NCBI GenBank assembly: GCA_024679065.1
Contig: JAGIQG010000016.1
Span: 50,158,001-50,222,000, forward strand
Direction of reading: 5' to 3'
Source: Sphyrna mokarran
Taxonomy: Eukaryota
Length of the DNA stretch: 64,000 bases
The translations under genes were made by a program, and so were the position numbers. Below are positions 25,601 through 37,600 of the stretch, piece after piece (positions within the stretch are counted from its first letter, which is position 1; the number at the start of each line of letters is the position of its first letter). The notes below the pieces were generated by a model. It was not told the DNA's origin. It did no database searches and saw nothing but the letters and a program-made list of their open reading frames with translations.

Positions 25601-28600
25601 GGATTCTGGAGTGTTGCATGATCACAGCTCAAGAATGACTTCCTTTCCTACTTTCGCCGTTTGCCCTTGTGGAGTCATTAAATCTCCATTAGCTTACTCT
25701 CAACATGGCTGAGATTCATGACTTGGGATATGATAAATTTTGTAAGCATATGTTTTATGGAGTTTAGAAGGCTGAGGGGGGACCTTATAGAGACTTACAA
25801 GATAATAAAGGAGCTAAATAGGATAGAGATTCTTTCTGCTTAGGAAGGAAATCAGAACTGGGGGAACAGCCTCAAAATACGGGTGAGGGGGGGCAATTTT
25901 GAACAGAGTTGAGGAGGAACTTCTTCGCTCAGAGGGTGGTGAATCTTTGGAATTCTCTGCCCATTGAAGTAGTGGAGGCTACCTTGCTGAATATATTTAA
26001 ATCATGGGTAGATGGATTTCTGTTAGATAAGGGAGTTAAGGGTTATGGGGAGCAGGTGGGAAAGTGGAACTGAGCCACTTCAGATCAGCCATGATCTTGT
26101 TGAAGGGCAGGCTGAAAGGGCCACATGACCTATCCCTGTTCCTATTTATGTTCTTATGTCGTATGCAGTAAAGTGTAATGTTGTTGCCTAATTTATGCTT
26201 TTTTATTGATATTTAACTTTTGTGATGAAGTATGTGATTTACACTTCCTCATTATCCCTTGCAGTACTTGCATTTATTGAGCACCTTTAAAAAAATACCA
26301 AGGGAATAATCAAAGAGCAGACACAAAGGCAAATTAAGAGATATTTGTATAAGCGACCAAAAACATAGACGGAGGTTGATCTTCATGAAGTGAGAAAGAT
26401 AGAGTGGTTTACTGAGGAAATCTCCGAATGTTGGGCTAAGGCAACAAAAGACACAGTAGGGATTTGAAGGGATAATTGGATGTGCCAGACCTAGAGTATG
26501 AGGGACAGTTATATCTGGAAGGAGCTTAGGAAGGGAATAGTGTAGCCAATGAAAAGATTTAAATCTCATGAGAATCAGAGACCCATTTAGGTAACTGAAA
26601 GTGGAGGTGATGGGTGAGAAAGACTTGGTGCAAGGCAGGAAATGTGGAGGAATTGTTCTGGATGATCAGAAGTTTGGTCGGTGTGGAATGGTAAGGTGGC
26701 CAGGAGAGTATTGGCAAATACAAATCTGGTAGTGAGTTTCAGCAGCGGAAATGGGACATGATGGCAATGTAAAAGAGGTGAAAGTCGGAAAGCCTTGTGA
26801 TGGGGACAATATGGAGGTGGGTACTCAGCTTAAGGTTGATCATGGTGCAAAAGGTTGCAAACAGTCTTTTTCAATTCAAGATAGTGACCAAGAAGAAGGA
26901 TCAATTTGGTGGTGAGATAAGAGTTTAGCTGATGTTAATGACTTAGGCCTTTGTAATGATTAAGTGAAGGAAATTGTAGCTCTGTTAAGATTGATAATCA
27001 GATAAACAGCCTGACAACACAAGCAGCAAGGAAGTTCTAAAATAGTGACGGAGAGTCAGTTGAGAGCATACGTGCTGGTTGACCCCAAATCTAGGGACAT
27101 TGTCACCAAGCACTAATATAACAAAAAGCCTTGTTTCCCCCTTATGTAGAAGGCTAGGACCAGAGGGCATAATCTCAGAGTGAGGAGTTACTCATTTGAG
27201 AGATGAGGAGGAAATTCTTCTTTCGTAATGTATCTGTGAAGCTTTTCAGAGCAGAGGGCTGTAGAGTTTGGTCATTAGATATGTTCAAGGCTGAGATAAA
27301 CATATTTTTAATCAGTGAGGGAGTCAAGGGTTATAAAAATCAGATGTGAAAGTGGAGTTGAGGATCAGTCATGATCCTAGTGAATGTCAGGGCAGACTCA
27401 ATGGGCCGAATGGTCTACTTCTGCTCAGTGTCTTATCACAGAATCCTCACAATGCAGAAGGAGGTCATTTGGTCCATCAAACCTGCACTGACAACAATCC
27501 CATCCAAGCCCCATCTCATAACCCCAACACTAATCCCTCTGACATGAAGGGGCAATTTAACATGGCTAATCAACCAAATTGCACATTTTTGGAGTGTGGG
27601 ATGAAACTGGGGCAACCAGAGGAAACTCCACACAGACGCAGGCAGGACGTGCAAACTCCACACAGATAGTGACCCAAGGCCAGAATTGAACCCGGGACCC
27701 TGGCTTGTGAGGCAGCAATGCTAACCACTTTGCCACCAGGCCACCTTTATGGTCTTAAAAAATTAATTTTCAAAAGAGAGTTCTTTCACGATAGCTCTGT
27801 GGTTAGCATTGTTGCTTCACAGTCCCAGGGGCTTGGGTTCAATTACCAGCTTGGGGTTGTTGTCTGTATGGAGTTTGCACATTCTCCCCATGTCTGCGTG
27901 GGTTTCCTCCAGGTGCTCTGGTTTCCCCCACAGTCTGAAAGACACATTGATTAGGTGCATTGACCCGAACAGGCGCTGGAGTGTGGCGACTGTGGGGAAT
28001 TTCACAGTAACTTCATTGCAGTGTTAGTGTAAGCCTTACTTGTGACTAACAAATAAAATGTTAACAAATTTACTCGTGCCTGAGTCTAACCTGGTCTGAG
28101 TCTATTTGTTCTCTTGCCACTAGATGGAGGCAAAAATGTCACCGAGCTGGATCTGCTTTATGTTCCAATTGGCTTCCATCCCAAAAAGCCAGCAAACAGC
28201 TGACACTTTGTCCAGAATCGTGTGTACATCTGAAGCTGGAAATTGTAGCTTGACACAATGATTTAATTTAAAGCTTGTCAAGCCAATATTTACTCTGTAG
28301 TATAATCAAGTATTACTCCAACATTCCTTCAGGTTATTCTATTAAAGTCATAAATGTTTCTTGGTAGTGTAACACTGTCAGCACCGGGGGCTGTATATTC
28401 AAAGGAAACCTATTCACGGGAACACACATGAGGTGCTGTACGATTTCGCAGCTGTCACCCATGCAGTTGTCAGTGCAATAGATGATGGAATGTGCTTGTA
28501 AGCAATCATTATGGTATAACTAACAAAATGTATTACTTGTACTTTATTATTTAGTGCAGTCAGAATCCTCAGCATTAATGGGACTCTATGTACTTTGGGA

Positions 28601-31600
28601 ATATAGCAACAAGACTGGCTAATATGTTAGGAGCATAGGATTTAGTCACAGCAGTAGACCATTCAGCCTTTCAAGCCTGATCCATCATTAACTAAGATCA
28701 GGACTGAACTGGTTGTGGTCTCAACTCCACTGTGCCATCTGCACATTCTGCAAACCACCCCCCCGCCCTTGCCCATCCCCTCACACCAATACTAACCCTT
28801 GACATCCTTCTTTTTGAACAGAGTTGTTCAAAAAGTTGAACAACTCTGCCTTGAAGAAATTCAAAGATCCAGCCTCCACTGCTTTCCAGGGAAGAAATGC
28901 TACCATTGGAAGGGAAAGATTTCTCTTCACAACTGTCTCAAATGCAGATCACATTCTTAAACTGTCCCCTCTAGTTTCTAGTTTCTCTCACAAGTGGGAA
29001 TGGCCTTGCAGTGTCTACTCCATTAAATCCCTTCAGGAACCTACACAACTCGATCAAATTGCCTCTGATTTTTCTAAACTTCCACAGGTAGGGGACCAAC
29101 CTATTCAGCCTTTCTTCTTAAGATGAGCCCCTCACCCCAACCAAAATAATTATGATTCTTCTCTATTCATTTTTGATGGATAGTTTTTGATAGACATGGG
29201 AGTCAGAAGTTATGGGGGGGGGGGGGGGGCGGGCAGCAGATGACAAAATGGTATCGAGACCACATTCAGATCAGCCATGATCTTGCTGAATGGTGGAGCA
29301 GGCTTGAAGGACTGAATGGCCTAAATTACAAAGGGTTGTGAATGTGATCGAATCCATCACATAAATTAGTCTCCTATCCATTGACTCCATGTACACTTTC
29401 TGCGACTTCAGAAAAGTAGCTAGTATAATTAAAGACTTCACGCATCCGGACATACTCTCTTTCACGTTCTTCCATTGGGGAAAAAGGTATAAAAGTCTGA
29501 GATCCTATATCAACCAATTCAAGAACAGCTTCTTCCCTGCTGCCATCAGACTTTTGATGACCTTACCTCACATTGAGTTGGCCTTTCTGCATACCCTGTG
29601 ATTGTAACACTACATCTTGCATCCTTTCCTTTCCTTCTTCTCTATGTATTCTAAAAACAATAGGTTTAGTCTGTATAACATGCAAGGAAAAATACTTTTC
29701 ACTGTCAACCTGATATCCTTTGCATTGTACTCTATGCAACATCGGCCAGGATGGTTTAGACTCTATTCAATGTTGCTTTAGTGGCCCACCAGAGGATCCA
29801 TAGTTTGCTGACATCCAGCCACTTCTGTCAACAGAACGTGAAAACCTGCAGCCTATTTATAGTATTGTTTTAAGGCTACATTATTAAAAAACACACACAC
29901 ACACACACACGTATACTAACTACATGTGAACATTGCAATGAGCCCCTAATTAAGAAGAGTTCACTTTTTGATTGAGTCGTTACCTTCACAGCAGTCCTGC
30001 CACATCCGGAGGTCAATCTGTGGAATTTCCCTGCAGCTGACAAAGCCCTGGGGGTAATTGGCCACTCTGAAGACGTCTGGCTGAACCTGCTGGATGTTGT
30101 CTCCATTGTCACACATAACCCGTGCAAGTGAGGCTTGTTTAATCTGAGTTAACTGGGTTGGGGTGAACACTCCTGGATTTTCATACCAGAATCTGAGCAA
30201 ATGTAAAAAAAAGTTCCAATTGTCTCAATAACTCTCGCAACATGAAAAGATAGCTAACACTGTTGCACTGATAAGCTTTTGTCCATAATGGATGATTCAC
30301 AGCACTGACAATCAGTGGCTGGTGCTATTGATATGATGAATAATTTACCCAGACAGATTTAAATCTGGTATATTAATCCCATCCATAGAATAATCCCATC
30401 CATACAATGCAGAAAAAGAGGCCATTCGGCCAGTGAGTCTACACCGACTCTCTGACAAGCATCTTTCCCAGGCCCATCCCCCCACTCTATCCCCAGGACC
30501 CCATGCATTTACCATTGCTATTCCACCTAACTTACACAAACGTGAACACTAGGAGGCAATTCAGTGTGGCCACTCCACCCGACCTGTACATCTTTGGCCT
30601 AAATTCACCCAAACGAAAGGTTACAATCTGTTTAGTGTAAGACTAAATTACCCATTTAAGACCTGTAATTTGCTGGTGTCAGCACACATCCAATCACTTT
30701 GTTAAATAGTCTATCAACTTGGACTCTTTTACAGAACATGAAAGCCTTCAACTTCAACTTTTCAAAACAGCCGTAAGAATTCCTTAACTGATAACCCAAC
30801 AATACACCACTGACTATCCTTGGGAAGGTGGCTTATCAGCTGAAAAAAACTTTGAGACATGCTGAGGTTGTGAAAGTGTCGTATGAATGCATGTTTTCCT
30901 TGAATAGACTATGCAGTGTAACACAGTCACAGAAGCAGGAACATCTCTCTTTCCTCTGTCCCTGCAAAACAAGTAACAGATGCACAGAGTTCCTCAGCAT
31001 TCTTGGGTAAATGTGCTTGATCAGCATCTTATAGTAACTGTGCAAGTGAATACAGAGCCAGATTTGGACATGATTCTTATAATGTCCATGTCAAAGAATT
31101 CAATAAAAATCATTAAATAAAAACAAATGGATACAGAGTCAGAGAGACAAGGATTGGGAATGAGATTAGGGAGAACATGGGAATAAAAATTGTCAATGCA
31201 GTGCCAGAAATTAAGTTTGTTTAAAAGATTTAATTCTCTGTGGAAAAGAGGCAATACTGTTAACGTAAATAGTGGAAAACAGATGCTGGATGGATGAGCT
31301 ATCATGGACTGAATAGCATTTGTTATCTGCATTTAGCTTATGGCTAACTTTCATTGTTCAGAATAAACATTTGAATGAGATATTGGAGGCCGACCAGCAG
31401 CTGTACAATAATATCCTGCTATACACTTCCACGTCTCATTTAAAATTTGTGAGGAAGCCATTCTGTGAAATTTGTGAATCAGTTTTGTAATGCTTTGCAA
31501 TGATTCCAGATGCGTCAATAGATTTCACATGATATTGGAACATCACAAACTTTGAGAAACCCCTGGAATTTCCTCAGTTTCTTCTGAATATTTCTTTCTT

Positions 31601-34600
31601 TTCCCCCCACTTGTGTAAAACAATTCCACATGATCTCATACTTTTGAAACTTGCTTTCTGTTCGCTTCGACATCTTTGTACAAACATAACAATAGATACT
31701 GCAAATAGACGAAATGTACAAAATATAAAAATGTAAAATGTAGTAGACTGACTGAAGAAGCATTGCTTAACCAGAATTAACAGACAAGCATGTTAAACAG
31801 TGTTAAGGTTTCCATGATCTCAAAACTGTCTACTTGACACTTATATAAAAACAGATTCAGTGGTATGAAAAATTCATTTGAAAGTAGCTGGATAGCAAAC
31901 ATGTACATCATATCTTTTATCGATGGGTCAGACAATGGGGCTGGATATTTACCTGTCTCCATCTCTCAATCTACGAAACTGAGTACTAAGCAGGCATAAT
32001 AGCACTGGTCCCACTCTTGTGCCAGGTATCAAATCTTCCACCATCAGGGCAGGCCAAAGGTCTATACTCCGTGGAGAGCCGTACAACCTATGACATTAGC
32101 AAGGTTAGCTATTGGTAATATAAATAAAGACTTGTGTTGCATAGTTGGTATGAGTTACACGCAAACCAAGCTGAGGAAGTACCCAATGAAGGGGCATCAT
32201 CCAAAGACCAGGTATATTCTTAAAGTTGCTACTTTTTGTTGCACTTTCTACTGTTCTAACACATTGTCCCTCCCTTCAGTTCTGACAATGAGTTTACAGG
32301 CTCAAAATATTAACTCTATTTCTCCCCAATGGATGTGGGCAGAGCTGCAGAGTTTTTCCTGAAGTCTCTGTTTTAATTTCAGATTCCTGCAGTATTTTGC
32401 TTATTTTATCTAAATTTCTACAAGTGACTGATGTCTGTATTCACTCCACATAATTGATAATAATAAAAACAGAAAACGCTGGAAATATTTGGTTCCAAAT
32501 AAGAATCATATTGGACTCAGAACGTTAACTCTGTTTCTCTTTCTATGGATGCTGCCAGACCAGCTGAGATTTTCCAGCATTTTCTGCTTTTATTGCAGAT
32601 TTCCAGCATCCACATTATTTTGGTTTCAGTTTATTAGAAAGCCTACAGTGCAAAGGAGGCCATTCAGCCCAGTGAGTCTGCACCGACCAAAATCCCACCT
32701 TTTCCCTATTCCCCTAAACCCACAAACTTACCCTGTTCATCCCCCAACACTATGGCTACGTTAAGATGACCAATCAACCTAACCTGCACATCTTTGGAGT
32801 GTGAGAAGAAACCAAAGCACTCAGAGGAAACCCATGCAGATGCAGGGAGAACATGCAAACTCCACACAGAGCCGAGGCCAGAATTGAACCTGGGTCCCTA
32901 GTGCTATGGGGCAGCAGTGCTAACCACTGTGCTGCCCTTGGCATAAGTTGTGTAACTGTTTATCCCACATCAAAGATTTCATTTTATACTTTTCCATCAG
33001 ATGAATCCAGGTATTTCAATGGAAAATAGTATTTTCTCAACTAAATGTCATCTTGCCATGCTTTCTCTATCCTCTCTGACCCCAAACAATCAACAAAAGG
33101 TTCTAGTTTCATTCCCTAATGGCCCAACCTAATAACTTTTAACAACCAGAATACTGCATGAGGATGCTGAAAATCTGAAATAAAAACAGAAATGTCAGCA
33201 ATATTCAGCAGGGCTGGCAGCATTTGTAAAGAGAAACAGAGTTAACATTTCTGGCCAATGGTTCCTCAGCAGAATTTGAGCTTCGATAAAGCATCTCTCT
33301 CTTTTCAGCAAAATTCTAACATCTCCAAACTAAAGTGGCAACTGGCCCTATTGAGCCAGTTACATAATTAGGATTAATTAGATAATATTACCATCCCTCT
33401 GATGTGTTAATCATTCCATTAACCCGAGGCAAATCAAATTAAAATGAACCTCATTAAGTGTATGAATGGTTAGTTTCAGCTCTGAAGAAGAACCAACCAA
33501 TCACCTGTCTTCTCTTTATCAATAAGGACAGACTTGTGGACAAATGTGATTAAGAAGAAAATAGTATTTGTCTTTAAAGAGGTGGGTCAAAAGATAAAAA
33601 AAACTTCCTCAATAATCACTAAATCTGTAAACATCCTAAGAACTATTAAGTTATCTATTATCAATCTCCTGTGTTCTCTAGCCATAACTCAATCCTTGAA
33701 TATAACTTCAACATGACTAAAACTTGCTTTGCATCTTTCGCCACTCTCGGGAATTTGGGAGGCTTGTGGGTCTGGAAGGGATAACACAACGAAGATGGGT
33801 GCAGCACGGTGGCACAGTGGTTAGGACTGCTGCCTTACAGTTCCAGGGGCGTTGGTTCAATTCCTGGCTTGGACCACTGGCTGTGGGGAGTTTGCACATT
33901 CCCCTTGTTTCCTACGGGAGCTCTGGTTTCCTCCCACAGTCCAAAGATGTGCAGGTTAGGTTGATTGGCCATGCTAAATCACCCCTTCGTGTCCTGGGAT
34001 GGGACGGATTAGCAAGGTAAATATGTGGGGATTCAGTGGGATTGTGGTTGGTGCAAACCCAATGGGCCAAATGGTCTACTTCTGCACCATTGGGATTCTA
34101 TGGGTCTATGATTCTAAATGAAGATCAAGTTATATTATGATGGCATAGAACATCTGTTTTTTTTCTACCCAGTGATTTTCTCTGAAGAAGAGTCATATGG
34201 ACCTGCTGGACTTATACAGTATTCTCTATGTTTATTTTAGATTTCCAGCATCTGCTGCATTTTGCTTTAAAATTGGTTAGCTTGGGACTAGCATAAATTA
34301 TGACCAAAACAAAGAACAAAGAACAAAACAGCACGGGAAACAGGCTCTTCGGTCCAATGAGCCCGTGCCGCCACCCCGATGTTCCCACCTCTACCCATGA
34401 TCCCCGTCTATGTTTATAGATCTATGGATTACAAACCAAATTTGAGACAATTTAGGGAGAATTTGTTTTGCCAATTAGCCTAAGAGCACATCTTTGGGAT
34501 GTGGGAGGAAACCGGAGCACCCGGAGAAAACCCACGCAAGCACGGGGAGAATGTGCAAACTCCCACAGACACAGGCCCAAATCCATGTATCTGCACAGCA

Positions 34601-37600
34601 CAGCGATATTCTTCTACCTTTTCCCCATAACCTTTAATCCCCGTACCAATCAAGAACCTATCTTTCTCTGCATTAAAATATACTCAATGATATGCCCTCC
34701 ATAGCCTTCTGTGGCAATAAGTTCCATAGATTCACCACTCTCTGGCTGAATAATTTCCTCCTTATCTCAGTTCTGAAAGATTGTCCTGTTTTTGCTAAGG
34801 ATGTGTCATCAGGTGTAGACCAGATGAACAAGCTTCTTCTGACAATTGCTTTTTCACCGTTGTACTTAGTTGAAAGATTGGAACGGGTTTCAACAGTGAA
34901 GTTCTAATTCCTCATCAACAATGGTCAGTAGCAAAATACTGCCAATAATTTTCTCCAGTTGAGTAATTTCATCCTGCGTCACTATAAGATAAACCTGATG
35001 GGAAATGGAAAGGGAGAGGGTGGCACGTGGTGAGCATTGCTGCTTCACAGTACAAGGGACCCGGATTCGATTCCCGGCTTGAGTGACTGTCTGTGTGGAG
35101 TTACGCATTCTCCGCACGTCTGTGTGGATTTTCTCCGGGTGCTCCGGTTACCTCCCACTGTCTGAAAGATGTACTGGTTGGCTGCATTGCTAAATTCTTT
35201 CTCAGTGTACCCTAATCGGCACCAGAGTGTGGTGCCAGGGGATTTTCACTGTAACTTTATTGCAATGTTAATGTAAGCCATCCTGTGACACTAATGAATA
35301 AATTTAAAGAGAAAGTTATAAGGGAATCTTGTTTGGATAGTAACCTAGAAATGAATAACTCCAAATTTTATATAGGATAATGCCATATCCGATCTTAGCG
35401 CTGTTGATATCAAGCAAAGGGAAAATCAAATGAACATGTTTTTGTTTATTTTAGTTAAATTAGGGACCAGCTCCATAAATTACGTTAGAAGAGGTGTACT
35501 TGTCTATTTTATTGTTCTGCTTACCTTTCTAGCTTTTTGCGAATCTCTGGATTTTTGATCTCATTTTTCAAATCTTCGAAGTCCTGAGCAGATGTGAGGT
35601 TGCAGAAAACCCTGAAGTCATTGTACGGAGGTATTCCATGATCACGGCCACGCTGGATATTCATTGCTGCTAAATCCAGGGAGACAGCGTGCACCATGGA
35701 AAACAACTTCTCTGTGAGCTCCAAGTTCAATAGCTCAGTCGGCACCCTCATTTTCCCAGGGACAGCAAAGAGGCCTCGGAGGAGTGGGTCAATGCCGCCC
35801 TCCTGGATGAGCCTGAATGGTGAGAAGAAGGCTTTGTGCAATGGGAGGTGGCCCTCCGGAATTGGCTGGAAGGATTCATTCAACCGGTACAGAATCGGGT
35901 TGATGAGCGTGTGACCAAAGCGAAAAGCTGCGGTGGCAAAAGCATTGACAATGCCTGCGTTGATATTTGGATTATAGCCCTTGAAGTCACCTAGTACTTT
36001 CATACCGACATCCCCTAGGATTTTGGATAACCAGTGTGAATAGGTGATGTGCTGCATTTGTGCGGCAACTATCTTGCGCGCTTCGTGATAGATGGTATCG
36101 CCATCCCAGTGCGGGTTGAGTTTCAGTAGCTCTGTCGCAATTCGGTTGTGTTCACGGAACCACAGGGTGTGTATGGCTGTCAATGCAATGTGCTCATTGG
36201 ATCTGTGATCGCCAGCGAGGAAGCATGGAATAGGGCTCTCATTGGTGTCCCTCATGCACTCTGTGGGTGGGCCTGTTGCAAAAGGCAACAAGTGTTTGCC
36301 AGACTTGGGCACAACCTGACCGGCCTTTAATAGACCCCGTTGGTTGGTTAGGTCCCTCAACTCCTGCGCCTCTTGCTCCGTACTTCCATAAACATTGGAC
36401 GCATCGATGTAGGATGTCAAGTGATTAATCTGTTCTCTTGGGTAGACAGAATTCATCAACAAGGAGGTCATTCCGCTCCCGCACACGGGACTGGAGCGCA
36501 CAAAGAACATACACCGGCCATTCCTCACACGGGGATCGTCATCTGGGATCAAAATGGGAAAGCAGGGGGGATCATTGGTGCAGAACCTGTTGCATGGTTC
36601 TCCATCAGAAAAGCGAGACATACTCAGTGCAGCCACTGTTAAATCCAAGTCGTGGTCTAGAAATTGGCCCCACTGCATGACCAGATGTGTGTACTGGTCA
36701 TCGGGAGTGATTGTTTCTGTACCAATTACTGTGGTGGAGACCAGGCGGGGCAATGGAAGAGGCTGCCTTGTATCCTCCACGTTCACATTGGAGCCCCTGG
36801 GAAGGTTAAATCCATTTTCGTACACCGGTTTTAGAAGTCTTTCAAAAGCAGTGAGTGATGCTCCCCACATCGGATGCTGCAGGTTGTTACAAGTACCATC
36901 GTGTGTTCTATACTTTTGGTGAAAACAAATGTCTACACAGTCAGGAGACCGTCTGTGAGTAGTGCATCCCGAAATGTTAGCAATCATGTTAAGATATCTG
37001 GGAGAAACCAGATCATTATAGCGATAACCTAAAAAAAATGAAGCGTCAAATCAAATAAAATCAGAACCAAATGTAATCGCTGATCACAAGCAGTGTTTTA
37101 AATGAATTTAGGTACGTGGAATTCTCGCACATTCTGTACCCTCTCTTTTCCTTCTCTCCATGTACTCTATGAATGGTATGCTTTGTATGTATAAAAGAAC
37201 AGACAAAATTACAGCACAGGAACTGGCCCTTTGGTCCTCCAAGCCTGCACTGATTATGCTGCCTGACTGAACTAAAACTCCCTACCTTTCCGGGGATCTT
37301 ACCCCCGTATGGCACACAAGAAACAGTACTTTTCACTGTATACCAATACAGTGACAATAATAAATCAAATCAACATGGGATGAAATTTTCACCTGCCAGG
37401 GGAATTGCAGTCGGGAGGGCATATGTAATATTTTTCCCAGCACCTTCTCACGGAGTTCTGGCTTATTCTGACCTCTCTGCAATTTTATGCTTGCACAGGC
37501 AAGGCCAGCCTGCCCAGCTTTGACCCAACTGAAGTTCTTAAGTGCTCAACTCCATCAGCAGTCTCCTTTTAACACTGGGCGCTCTGCTTTCTCCTCCCAT

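Noticed and set aside
35696-36922. Plus-strand ORFs overlapping the big exon
   Set aside because: Antisense shadows of a coding exon; no recognisable protein.
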